Shown piece by piece: positions 1 to 13,100 of a DNA stretch of 64,000 nt. Where the stretch lies: positions 34,534,001-34,598,000 of the forward strand of contig OZ024758.1 in the NCBI GenBank assembly GCA_964016885.1, in the 5' to 3' direction. Origin of the DNA: Eledone cirrhosa (lineage: Eukaryota). Made by a program: the position numbers and the translations under genes. The notes under the pieces were generated by a model that did no database searches, had not been told where the DNA came from, and saw only the letters and a program-made list of their open reading frames with translations. Every line of letters begins with the position of its first letter. Positions within the stretch are counted from its first letter, which is position 1.

Positions 1-301
1 ACTCCAATGTTGGTGAGAATTCATTTAAGTTCATGGTATTAGCTATCAGAAGGAACGCCACTGTTGGTGAGAATTCATTTAAGTTCATGGTATTAGCTGT
101 CAGAAGTAACTCCACTGTTGGTGAGAATTCATTTAAGTTCATGGTACTAGCTGTCAGAAGTAACTCCAATGTTGGTGAGAATTCATTTAAGTTCATGGTA
201 TTAGCTGTCAGAAGGAACTCCACTGTTGGTGAGAATTCATTTAAGTTCATGGTATTAGCTGTCAGAAGTAACTCCACTGTTGGTGAGAATTCATTTAAGT
301 C

Positions 302-1161
302 ATGGTATTAGCTGTCAGAAGTAACTCCATTGTTGGTGAGAATTCAATTAAGTCATGGTACTAGCTGTCAGAAGTAACTCCAATGTTGGTGAGAATTCAT
401 TTAAGTTCATGTTATTAGCTGTCAGAAGGAACTCCACTGTTGGTGAGAATTCATTTAAGTTCATGGTATTAGCTGTCAGAAGTAACTCCACTGTTGGTGA
501 GAATTCATTTAAGTTCATGGTATTAGCTGTCAGAAGTAACTGCACCGTTGGTGAGAATTCATTTAAGTTCATGGTACTAGCTGTCAGAAGTAACTCCAAT
601 GTTGGTGAGAATTCATTTAAGTTCATGGTATTAGCTGTCAGAAGTAACTCCACTGTTGGTGAGAATTCATTTAAGTTCATGGTATTAGCTGTCAGAAGTA
701 ACTCCACTGTTGGTGAGAATTCATTTAAGTTCATGGTATTAGCTGTCAGAAGTAACTCCACTGTTGGTGAGAATTCATTTAAGTTCATGGTACTAGCTGT
801 CAGAAGTAACTCCAATGTTGGTGAGAATTCATTTAAGTTCATGGTATTAGCTGTCAGAAGTAACTCCACTGTTGGTGAGAATTCATTTACGTCATGGTAT
901 TAGCTGTCAGAAGTAACTCCACTGTTGGTGAGAATTCATTTAAGTTCATGGTATTAGCTGTCAGAAGTAACTCCACTGTTGGTGAGAATTCATTTAAGTT
1001 CATGGTACTAGCTGTCAGAAGTAACTCCAATGTTGGTGAGAATTCATTTAAGTTCATGGTATTAGCTGTCAGAAGTAACTCCACTGTTGGTGAGAATTCA
1101 TTTAAGTCATGGTATTAGCTGTCAGAAGTAACTCCACTGTTGGTGAGAATTCATTTAAGTC
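302..1161. repeat. Recurrent multi-monomer cassette B (16 monomers), first copy
   Basis: Ordered rare markers: CCATTG...TTCAATT monomer, CATGTTA+AGGAAC, TGCACCG, TTTACGTC. The same order starts again at 4180, 6497, 10163, 13289, 16415 and 30046. Copies lacking some markers start at 36994, 41409 and 42914, and derived forms occur near 55943, 56806 and 61166. Confidence 0.9.
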
Positions 1162-2403
1162 ATGGTATTAGCTGTCAGAAGTAACTCCAATGTTGGTGAG
1201 AATTCATTTAAGTTCATGGTATTAGCTGTCAGAAGTCACTCCACTGTTGGTGAGAATTCATTTAAGTTCATGGTACTAGCTGTCAGAAGTAACCCCAATG
1301 TTGGTGAGAATTCATTTAAGTTCATGGTATTAGCTGTCAGAAGTCACTCCAATGTTGGTGAGAATTCATTTAAGTTCATGGTATTAGCTGTCAGAATTAA
1401 CTCCACTGTTGGTAAGAATTCATTTAAGTTCATGGTATTAGCTGTCAGAAGTAACTCCACTGTTGGTGAGAATTCATTTAAGTTCATGGTATTAGCTGTC
1501 AGAAGGAACGCCACTGTTGGTGAGAATTCATTTAAGTTCATGGTATTAGCTGTCAGAAGTAACTCCACTGTTGGTGAGAATTCATTTAAGTTCATGCTAC
1601 TAGCTGTCAGAAGTAACTCCTATGTTGGTGAGAATTCATTTAAGTTCATGGTATTAGCTGTCAGAAGGAACTCCACTGTTGCTGAGAATTCATTTAAGTT
1701 CATGGTATTAGCTGTCAGAAGTAACTCCACTGTTGGTGAGAATTTATTTAAGTTCATGGTGCTAGCTGTCAGAAGTAACTCCACTGTTGGTGAGAATTCA
1801 TTTAAGTTCATGGTATTAGCTGTCAGAAGTAACTCCACTGTTGGTGAGAATTCATTTAAGTTCATGGTATTAGCTGACAGAAGTCACTCCACTGTTGGTG
1901 AGGATTCATTTAAGTTCATGGTACTAGCTGTCAGAAGTAACTCCAATGTTGGTGAGAATTCATTTAAATTCATGGTATTAGCTGTCAGAAGTAACTCCAC
2001 TGTTGGTGAGAATTCATTTAAGTTCATGGTATTAGCTGTCAGAAGTAACTCCACTGTTGGTGAGAATTCATTTAAGTTCATGGTATTAGCTGTCAGAAGT
2101 AACTCCACTGTTGGTGAGAATTCATTTAAGTTCATGGTACTAGCTGTCAGAAGTAACTCCAATGTTGGTGAGAATTCATTTAAGTTCATGGTATTAGCTG
2201 TCAGAAGTAACTCCACTGTTGGTGAGAATTCATTTAAGTTCATGGTATTAGCTGTCAGAAGTAACTCCACTGTTGGTGAGAATTCATTTAAGTTCATGGT
2301 ACTAGCTGTCAGAAGTAACTCCACTGTTGGTGAGAATTCATTTAAGTTCATGGTATTAGTTTGTCAGAAGTAACTCCACTGTTGGTGAGAATTCATTTAA
2401 GTC
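1162..2403. repeat. Recurrent marker-rich cassette A (~23 monomers), first copy
   Basis: Ordered markers: AGTCAC, AACCCC, AGTCAC+CAAT, GAATTAAC+GGTAAG, AGGAACGCC, CATGCTAC+CCTATG, GTTGCTG, GGTGCTAG, CTGACAG+GAGGATTC, TTTAAATTC, TAGTTTG. The cassette recurs whole or in part at 3641, 5040, 7357, 8760, 11023, 14149, 17275, 19754, 22664, 23904, 29507, 30906, 33331, 37800, 44312, 48294 and 51469. Confidence 0.9.
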
Positions 2404-5400
2404 ATGGTATTAGTTGTCAGAAGTAACTCCAATGTTGGTGAGAATTCATTTAAGTTCATGGTACTAGCTGTCAGAAGTAAATCCACTGTTGGTGAGAATT
2501 CATTTAAGTTCATGGTATTAGCTGTCAGAAGTAACTCCACTGTTGGTGAGAATTCATTTAAGTTCATGGTATTAGCTGTCAGAAGTAACTCCACTGTTGG
2601 TGAGAATTCATTTAAGTTCATGGTATTAGCTGTCAGAAGTAACTCCACTGTTGGTGAGAATTCATTTAAGTTCATGGTACTAGCTGTCAGAAGTAACTCC
2701 AATGTTGGTGAGAATTCATTTAAGTTCATGGTATTAGCTGTCAGAAGTAACTCCACTGTTGGTGAGAATTCATTTAAGTCATGGTATTAGCTGTCAGAAG
2801 TAACTCCACTGTTGGTGAGAATTCATTTAAGTTCATGGTATTAGCTGTCAGAAGTAACTCCACTGTTGGTGAGAATTCATTTAAGTTCATGGTACTAGCT
2901 GTCAGAAGTAACTCCAATGTTGGTGAGAATTCATTTAAGTTCATGGTATTAGCTGTCAGAAGTAACTCCACTGTTGGTGAGAATTCATTTAAGTCATGGT
3001 ATTAGCTGTCAGAAGTAACTCCACTGTTGGTGAGAATTCATTTAAGTTCATGGTATTAGCTGTCAGAAGTAACTCCACTGTTGGTGAGAATTCATTTAAG
3101 TTCATGGTATTAGCTGTCAGAAGTAACTCTACTGTTGGTAAGAATTCATTTAAGTTCATGGTATTAGCTGTCAGAAGTAACTCCACTGTTGGTGAGAATT
3201 CATTTAAGTTCATGGTATTAGCTGTCAGAAGTAACTCCACTGTTGGTGAGAATTCATTTAAGTTCATGGTATTAGTTTGTCAGAAGTAACTCCACTGTTG
3301 GTGAGAATTCATTTAAGTCATGGTATTAGTTGTCAGAAGTAACTCCACTGTTGGTGAGAATTCATTTAAGTTCATGGTAATAGCTGTCAGAAGTAACTCC
3401 ACTGTTGGTGAGAATTCATTTAAGTCATGGTATTAGCTGTCAGAAGTAACTCCAATGTTGGTGAGAATTCATTTAAGTCATGGTACTAGCTGTCAGAAGT
3501 AACTCCAATGTTGGTGAGAATTCATTTAAGTTCATGGTATTAGCTGTCAGAAGTAACTCCACTGTTGGTGAGAATTCATTTAAGTTCATGGTATTAGCTG
3601 TCAGAAGTAACTCCACTGTTGGTGAGAATTCATTTAAGTCATGGTATTAGCTGTCAGAAGTAACTCCAATGTTGGTGAGAATTCATTTAAGTTCATGGTA
3701 TTAGCTGTCAGAAGTCACTCCACTGTTGGTGAGAATTCATTTAAGTTCATGGTACTAGCTGTCAGAAGTAACCCCAATGTTGGTGAGAATTCATTTAAGT
3801 TCATGGTATTAGCTGTCAGAAGTCACTCCAATGTTGGTGAGAATTCATTTAAGTTCATGGTATTAGCTGTCAGAATTAACTCCACTGTTGGTAAGAATTC
3901 ATTTAAGTTCATGGTATTAGCTGTCAGAAGTAACTCCACTGTTGGTGAGAATTCATTTAAGTTCATGGTATTAGCTGTCAGAAGGAACGCCACTGTTGGT
4001 GAGAATTCATTTAAGTTCATGGTATTAGCTGTCAGAAGTAACTCCACTGTTGGTGAGAATTCATTTAAGTTCATGCTACTAGCTGTCAGAAGTAACTCCT
4101 ATGTTGGTGAGAATTCATTTAAGTTCATGGTATTAGCTGTCAGAAGTAACTCCACTGTTGGTGAGAATTCATTTAAGTCATGGTATTAGCTGTCAGAAGT
4201 AACTCCATTGTTGGTGAGAATTCAATTAAGTCATGGTACTAGCTGTCAGAAGTAACTCCAATGTTGGTGAGAATTCATTTAAGTTCATGTTATTAGCTGT
4301 CAGAAGGAACTCCACTGTTGGTGAGAATTCATTTAAGTTCATGGTATTAGCTGTCAGAAGTAACTCCACTGTTGGTGAGAATTCATTTAAGTTCATGGTA
4401 TTAGCTGTCAGAAGTAACTGCACCGTTGGTGAGAATTCATTTAAGTTCATGGTACTAGCTGTCAGAAGTAACTCCAATGTTGGTGAGAATTCATTTAAGT
4501 TCATGGTATTAGCTGTCAGAAGTAACTCCACTGTTGGTGAGAATTCATTTAAGTTCATGGTATTAGCTGTCAGAAGTAACTCCACTGTTGGTGAGAATTC
4601 ATTTAAGTTCATGGTATTAGCTGTCAGAAGTAACTCCACTGTTGGTGAGAATTCATTTAAGTTCATGGTACTAGCTGTCAGAAGTAACTCCAATGTTGGT
4701 GAGAATTCATTTAAGTTCATGGTATTAGCTGTCAGAAGTAACTCCACTGTTGGTGAGAATTCATTTACGTCATGGTATTAGCTGTCAGAAGTAACTCCAC
4801 TGTTGGTGAGAATTCATTTAAGTTCATGGTATTAGCTGTCAGAAGTAACTCCACTGTTGGTGAGAATTCATTTAAGTTCATGGTACTAGCTGTCAGAAGT
4901 AACTCCAATGTTGGTGAGAATTCATTTAAGTTCATGGTATTAGCTGTCAGAAGTAACTCCACTGTTGGTGAGAATTCATTTAAGTCATGGTATTAGCTGT
5001 CAGAAGTAACTCCACTGTTGGTGAGAATTCATTTAAGTCATGGTATTAGCTGTCAGAAGTAACTCCAATGTTGGTGAGAATTCATTTAAGTTCATGGTAC
5101 TAGCTGTCAGAAGTCACTCCACTGTTGGTGAGAATTCATTTAAGTTCATGGTACTAGCTGTCAGAAGTAACCCCAATGTTGGTGAGAATTCATTTAAGTT
5201 CATGGTATTAGCTGTCAGAAGTCACTCCAATGTTGGTGAGAATTCATTTAAGTTCATGGTATTAGCTGTCAGAATTAACTCCACTGTTGGTAAGAATTCA
5301 TTTAAGTTCATGGTATTAGCTGTCAGAAGTAACTCCACTGTTGGTGAGAATTCATTTAAGTTCATGGTATTAGCTGTCAGAAGGAACGCCACTGTTGGTG

Positions 5401-8400
5401 AGAATTCATTTAAGTTCATGGTATTAGCTGTCAGAAGTAACTCCACTGTTGGTGAGAATTCATTTAAGTTCATGCTACTAGCTGTGAGAAGTAACTCCTA
5501 TGTTGGTGAGAATTCATTTAAGTTCATGGTATTAGCTGTCAGAAGGAACTCCACTGTTGCTGAGAATTCATTTAAGTTCATGGTATTGGCTGTCAGAAGT
5601 AACTCCACTGTTGGTGAGAATTCATTTAAGTTCATGGTGCTAGCTGTCAGAAGTAACTCCACTGTTGGTGAGAATTCATTTAAGTTCATGGTATTAGCTG
5701 TCAGAAGTAACTCCACTGTTGGTGAGAATTCATTTAAGTTCATGGTATTAGCTGACAGAAGTCACTCCACTGTTGGTGAGGATTCATTTAAGTTCATGGT
5801 ACTAGCTGTCAGAAGTAACTCCAATGTTGGTGAGAATTCATTTAAATTCATGGTATTAGCTGTCAGAAGTAACTCCACTGTTGGTGAGAATTCATTTAAG
5901 TTCATGGTATTAGCTGTCAGAAGTAACTCCACTGTTGGTGAGAATTCATTTAAGTTCATGGTATTAGCTGTCAGAAGTAACTCCACTGTTGGTGAGAATT
6001 CATTTAAGTTCATGGTACTAGCTGTCAGAAGTAACTCCAATGTTGGTGAGAATTCATTTAAGTTCATGGTATTAGCTGTCAGAAGTAACTCCACTGTTGG
6101 TGAGAATTCATTTAAGTTCATGGTATTAGCTGTCAGAAGTAACTCCACTGTTGGTGAGAATTCATTTAAGTTCATGGTACTAGCTGTCAGAAGTAACTCC
6201 ACTGTTGGTGAGAATTCATTTAAGTTCATGGTATTAGCTGTCAGAAGTAACTCCACTGTTGGTGAGAATTCATTTAAGTTCATGGTATTAGCTGTCAGAA
6301 GGAACGCCACTGTTGGTGAGAATTCATTTAAGTTCATGGTATTAGCTGTCAGAAGTAACTCCACTGTTGGTGAGAATTCATTTAAGTTCATGCTACTAGC
6401 TGTCAGAAGTAACTCCTATGTTGGTGAGAATTCATTTAAGTTCATGGTATTAGCTGTCAGAAGTAACTCCACTGTTGGTGAGAATTCATTTAAGTCATGG
6501 TATTAGCTGTCAGAAGTAACTCCATTGTTGGTGAGAATTCAATTAAGTCATGGTACTAGCTGTCAGAAGTAACTCCAATGTTGGTGAGAATTCATTTAAG
6601 TTCATGTTATTAGCTGTCAGAAGGAACTCCACTGTTGGTGAGAATTCATTTAAGTTCATGGTATTAGCTGTCAGAAGTAACTCCACTGTTGGTGAGAATT
6701 CATTTAAGTTCATGGTATTAGCTGTCAGAAGTAACTGCACCGTTGGTGAGAATTCATTTAAGTTCATGGTACTAGCTGTCAGAAGTAACTCCAATGTTGG
6801 TGAGAATTCATTTAAGTTCATGGTATTAGCTGTCAGAAGTAACTCCACTGTTGGTGAGAATTCATTTAAGTTCATGGTATTAGCTGTCAGAAGTAACTCC
6901 ACTGTTGGTGAGAATTCATTTAAGTTCATGGTATTAGCTGTCAGAAGTAACTCCACTGTTGGTGAGAATTCATTTAAGTTCATGGTACTAGCTGTCAGAA
7001 GTAACTCCAATGTTGGTGAGAATTCATTTAAGTTCATGGTATTAGCTGTCAGAAGTAACTCCACTGTTGGTGAGAATTCATTTACGTCATGGTATTAGCT
7101 GTCAGAAGTAACTCCACTGTTGGTGAGAATTCATTTAAGTTCATGGTATTAGCTGTCAGAAGTAACTCCACTGTTGGTGAGAATTCATTTAAGTTCATGG
7201 TACTAGCTGTCAGAAGTAACTCCAATGTTGGTGAGAATTCATTTAAGTTCATGGTATTAGCTGTCAGAAGTAACTCCACTGTTGGTGAGAATTCATTTAA
7301 GTCATGGTATTAGCTGTCAGAAGTAACTCCACTGTTGGTGAGAATTCATTTAAGTCATGGTATTAGCTGTCAGAAGTAACTCCAATGTTGGTGAGAATTC
7401 ATTTAAGTTCATGGTACTAGCTGTCAGAAGTCACTCCACTGTTGGTGAGAATTCATTTAAGTTCATGGTACTAGCTGTCAGAAGTAACCCCAATGTTGGT
7501 GAGAATTCATTTAAGTTCATGGTATTAGCTGTCAGAAGTCACTCCAATGTTGGTGAGAATTCATTTAAGTTCATGGTATTAGCTGTCAGAATTAACTCCA
7601 CTGTTGGTAAGAATTCATTTAAGTTCATGGTATTAGCTGTCAGAAGTAACTCCACTGTTGGTGAGAATTCATTTAAGTTCATGGTATTAGCTCTCAGAAG
7701 GAACGCCACTGTTGGTGAGAATTCATTTAAGTTCATGGTATTAGCTGTCAGAAGTAACTCCACTGTTGGTGAGAATTCATTTAAGTTCATGCTACTAGCT
7801 GTGAGAAGTAACTCCTATGTTGGTGAGAATTCATTTAAGTTCATGGTATTAGCTGTCAGAAGGAACTCCACTGTTGCTGAGAATTCATTTAAGTTCATGG
7901 TATTGGCTGTCAGAAGTAACTCCACTGTTGGTGAGAATTCATTTAAGTTCATGGTGCTAGCTGTCAGAAGTAACTCCACTGTTGGTGAGAATTCATTTAA
8001 GTTCATGGTATTAGCTGTCAGAAGTAACTCCACTGTTGGTGAGAATTCATTTAAGTTCATGGTATTAGCTGACAGAAGTCACTCCACTGTTGGTGAGGAT
8101 TCATTTAAGTTCATGGTACTAGCTGTCAGAAGTAACTCCAATGTTGGTGAGAATTCATTTAAATTCATGGTATTAGCTGTCAGAAGTAACTCCACTGTTG
8201 GTGAGAATTCATTTAAGTTCATGGTATTAGCTGTCAGAAGTAACTCCACTGTTGGTGAGAATTCATTTAAGTTCATGGTATTAGCTGTCAGAAGTAACTC
8301 CACTGTTGGTGAGAATTCATTTAAGTTCATGGTACTAGCTGTCAGAAGTAACTCCAATGTTGGTGAGAATTCATTTAAGTTCATGGTATTAGCTGTCAGA

Positions 8401-10162
8401 AGTAACTCCACTGTTGGTGAGAATTCATTTAAGTTCATGGTATTAGCTGTCAGAAGTAACTCCACTGTTGGTGAGAATTCATTTAAGTTCATGGTACTAG
8501 CTGTCAGAAGTAACTCCACTGTTGGTGAGAATTCATTTAAGTTCATGGTATTAGTTTGTCAGAAGTAACTCCACTGTTGGTGAGAATTCATTTAAGTTCA
8601 TGGTACTAGCTGTCAGAAGTAACTCCAATGTTGGTGAGAATTCATTTAAGTTCATGGTATTAGCTGTCAGAAGTAACTCCACTGTTGGTGAGAATTCATT
8701 TAAGTCATGGTATTAGCTGTCAGAAGTAACTCCACTGTTGGTGAGAATTCATTTAAGTCATGGTATTAGCTGTCAGAAGTAACTCCAATGTTGGTGAGAA
8801 TTCATTTAAGTTCATGGTACTAGCTGTCAGAAGTCACTCCACTGTTGGTGAGAATTCATTTAAGTTCATGGTACTAGCTGTCAGAAGTAACCCCAATGTT
8901 GGTGAGAATTCATTTAAGTTCATGGTATTAGCTGTCAGAAGTCACTCCAATGTTGGTGAGAATTCATTTAAGTTCATGGTATTAGCTGTCAGAATTAACT
9001 CCACTGTTGGTAAGAATTCATTTAAGTTCATGGTATTAGCTGTCAGAAGTAACTCCACTGTTGGTGAGAATTCATTTAAGTTCATGGTATTAGCTGTCAG
9101 AAGGAACGCCACTGTTGGTGAGAATTCATTTAAGTTCATGGTATTAGCTGTCAGAAGTAACTCCACTGTTGGTGAGAATTCATTTAAGTTCATGCTACTA
9201 GCTGTGAGAAGTAACTCCTATGTTGGTGAGAATTCATTTAAGTTCATGGTATTAGCTGTCAGAAGGAACTCCACTGTTGCTGAGAATTCATTTAAGTTCA
9301 TGGTATTGGCTGTCAGAAGTAACTCCACTGTTGGTGAGAATTCATTTAAGTTCATGGTGCTAGCTGTCAGAAGTAACTCCACTGTTGGTGAGAATTCATT
9401 TAAGTTCATGGTATTAGCTGACAGAAGTCACTCCACTGTTGGTGAGGATTCATTTAAGTTCATGGTACTAGCTGTCAGAAGTAACTCCAATGTTGGTGAG
9501 AATTCATTTAAATTCATGGTATTAGCTGTCAGAAGTAACTCCACTGTTGGTGAGAATTCATTTAAGTTCATGGTATTAGCTGTCAGAAGTAACTCCACTG
9601 TTGGTGAGAATTCATTTAAGTTCATGGTATTAGCTGTCAGAAGTAACTCCACTGTTGGTGAGAATTCATTTAAGTTCATGGTACTAGCTGTCAGAAGTAA
9701 CTCCAATGTTGGTGAGAATTCATTTAAGTTCATGGTATTAGCTGTCAGAAGTAACTCCACTGTTGGTGAGAATTCATTTAAGTTCATGGTATTAGCTGTC
9801 AGAAGTAACTCCACTGTTGGTGAGAATTCATTTAAGTTCATGGTACTAGCTGTCAGAAGTAACTCCACTGTTGGTGAGAATTCATTTAAGTTCATGGTAT
9901 TAGTTTGTCAGAAGTAACTCCACTGTTGGTGAGAATTCATTTAAGTCATGGTATTAGTTGTCAGAAGTAACTCCAATGTTGGTGAGAATTCATTTAAGTT
10001 CATGGTACTAGCTGTCAGAAGTAAATCCACTGTTGGTGAGAATTCATTTAAGTTCATGGTATTAGCTGTCAGAAGTAACTCCACTGTTGGTGAGAATTCA
10101 TTTAAGTTCATGGTATTAGCTGTCAGAAGTAACTCCACTGTTGGTGAGAATTCATTTAAGTC

Positions 10163-13100
10163 ATGGTATTAGCTGTCAGAAGTAACTCCATTGTTGGTGA
10201 GAATTCAATTAAGTCATGGTACTAGCTGTCAGAAGTAACTCCAATGTTGGTGAGAATTCATTTAAGTTCATGTTATTAGCTGTCAGAAGGAACTCCACTG
10301 TTGGTGAGAATTCATTTAAGTTCATGGTATTAGCTGTCAGAAGTAACTCCACTGTTGGTGAGAATTCATTTAAGTTCATGGTATTAGCTGTCAGAAGTAA
10401 CTGCACCGTTGGTGAGAATTCATTTAAGTTCATGGTACTAGCTGTCAGAAGTAACTCCAATGTTGGTGAGAATTCATTTAAGTTCATGGTATTAGCTGTC
10501 AGAAGTAACTCCACTGTTGGTGAGAATTCATTTAAGTTCATGGTATTAGCTGTCAGAAGTAACTCCACTGTTGGTGAGAATTCATTTAAGTTCATGGTAT
10601 TAGCTGTCAGAAGTAACTCCACTGTTGGTGAGAATTCATTTAAGTTCATGGTACTAGCTGTCAGAAGTAACTCCAATGTTGGTGAGAATTCATTTAAGTT
10701 CATGGTATTAGCTGTCAGAAGTAACTCCACTGTTGGTGAGAATTCATTTACGTCATGGTATTAGCTGTCAGAAGTAACTCCACTGTTGGTGAGAATTCAT
10801 TTAAGTTCATGGTATTAGCTGTCAGAAGTAACTCCACTGTTGGTGAGAATTCATTTAAGTTCATGGTACTAGCTGTCAGAAGTAACTCCAATGTTGGTGA
10901 GAATTCATTTAAGTTCATGGTATTAGCTGTCAGAAGTAACTCCACTGTTGGTGAGAATTCATTTAAGTCATGGTATTAGCTGTCAGAAGTAACTCCACTG
11001 TTGGTGAGAATTCATTTAAGTCATGGTATTAGCTGTCAGAAGTAACTCCAATGTTGGTGAGAATTCATTTAAGTTCATGGTACTAGCTGTCAGAAGTCAC
11101 TCCACTGTTGGTGAGAATTCATTTAAGTTCATGGTACTAGCTGTCAGAAGTAACCCCAATGTTGGTGAGAATTCATTTAAGTTCATGGTATTAGCTGTCA
11201 GAAGTCACTCCAATGTTGGTGAGAATTCATTTAAGTTCATGGTATTAGCTGTCAGAATTAACTCCACTGTTGGTAAGAATTCATTTAAGTTCATGGTATT
11301 AGCTGTCAGAAGTAACTCCACTGTTGGTGAGAATTCATTTAAGTTCATGGTATTAGCTGTCAGAAGGAACGCCACTGTTGGTGAGAATTCATTTAAGTTC
11401 ATGGTATTAGCTGTCAGAAGTAACTCCACTGTTGGTGAGAATTCATTTAAGTTCATGCTACTAGCTGTCAGAAGTAACTCCTATGTTGGTGAGAATTCAT
11501 TTAAGTTCATGGTATTAGCTGTCAGAAGGAACTCCACTGTTGCTGAGAATTCATTTAAGTTCATGGTATTGGCTGTCAGAAGTAACTCCACTGTTGGTGA
11601 GAATTCATTTAAGTTCATGGTGCTAGCTGTCAGAAGTAACTCCACTGTTGGTGAGAATTCATTTAAGTTCATGGTATTAGCTGTCAGAAGTAACTCCACT
11701 GTTGGTGAGAATTCATTTAAGTTCATGGTATTAGCTGACAGAAGTCACTCCACTGTTGGTGAGGATTCATTTAAGTTCATGGTACTAGCTGTCAGAAGTA
11801 ACTCCAATGTTGGTGAGAATTCATTTAAATTCATGGTATTAGCTGTCAGAAGTAACTCCACTGTTGGTGAGAATTCATTTAAGTTCATGGTATTAGCTGT
11901 CAGAAGTAACTCCACTGTTGGTGAGAATTCATTTAAGTTCATGGTATTAGCTGTCAGAAGTAACTCCACTGTTGGTGAGAATTCATTTAAGTTCATGGTA
12001 CTAGCTGTCAGAAGTAACTCCAATGTTGGTGAGAATTCATTTAAGTTCATGGTATTAGCTGTCAGAAGTAACTCCACTGTTGGTGAGAATTCATTTAAGT
12101 TCATGGTATTAGCTGTCAGAAGTAACTCCACTGTTGGTGAGAATTCATTTAAGTTCATGGTACTAGCTGTCAGAAGTAACTCCACTGTTGGTGAGAATTC
12201 ATTTAAGTTCATGGTATTAGTTTGTCAGAAGTAACTCCACTGTTGGTGAGAATTCATTTAAGTCATGGTATTAGTTGTCAGAAGTAACTCCAATGTTGGT
12301 GAGAATTCATTTAAGTTCATGGTACTAGCTGTCAGAAGTAAATCCACTGTTGGTGAGAATTCATTTAAGTTCATGGTATTAGCTGTCAGAAGTAACTCCA
12401 CTGTTGGTGAGAATTCATTTAAGTTCATGGTATTAGCTGTCAGAAGTAACTCCACTGTTGGTGAGAATTCATTTAAGTTCATGGTATTAGCTGTCAGAAG
12501 TAACTCCACTGTTGGTGAGAATTCATTTAAGTTCATGGTACTAGCTGTCAGAAGTAACTCCAATGTTGGTGAGAATTCAATTAAGTTCATGGTATTAGCT
12601 GTCAGAAGTAACTCCACTGTTGGTGAGAATTCATTTAAGTCATGGTATTAGCTGTCAGAAGTAACTCCACTGTTGGTGAGAATTCATTTAAGTTCATGGT
12701 ATTAGCTGTCAGAAGTAACTCCACTGTTGGTGAGAATTCATTTAAGTTCATGGTACTAGCTGTCAGAAGTAACTCCAATGTTGGTGAGAATTCATTTAAG
12801 TTCATGGTATTAGCTGTCAGAAGTAACTCCACTGTTGGTGAGAATTCATTTAAGTCATGGTATTAGCTGTCAGAAGTAACTCCACTGTTGGTGAGAATTC
12901 ATTTAAGTTCATGGTATTAGCTGTCAGAAGTAACTCCACTGTTGGTGAGAATTCATTTAAGTTCATGGTATTAGCTGTCAGAAGTAACTCCACTGTTGGT
13001 GAGAATTCATTTAAGTTCATGGTATTAGCTGTCAGAAGTAACTCCACTGTTGGTGAGAATTCATTTAAGTTCATGGTATTAGCTGTCAGAAGTAACTCCA

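Larger units (their letters stand above)
302..10162. repeat. Irregular higher-order duplications with periods 3878, 2317 and 1403 bp
   Basis: Equivalent starts fall at 355/4233 (3878 bp, 72 monomers), 4233/6550 (2317 bp, 43 monomers) and 7357/8760 (1403 bp, 26 monomers). The private marker CTGTGAGAAG occurs only at 5486, 7803 and 9206, which are spaced 2317 and 1403 bp. Confidence 0.85.

Noticed and set aside
378-410. Hairpin or cruciform potential (CCAA-TG-TTGG, GAATTC, TTAA, CATG, AGCT palindromes)
   Set aside because: Stems are only 4-6 bp, as expected by chance in AT-rich DNA. No stable structure can be supported without folding calculations.
355-903. N-glycosylation sequons (NST, NAT, NCT, NTT) apparently conserved in the plus-strand peptide
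   Set aside because: The commonest variants (NSN, HST, NPN) destroy the sequon, and the frame is repeatedly broken.
1162-2403. Ordered monomer variants as a functional code or a diversity-generating system
   Set aside because: Inheritance by block duplication fully explains the fixed order. No enzyme, template-target pair or biased (e.g. adenine-specific) mutagenesis is visible.
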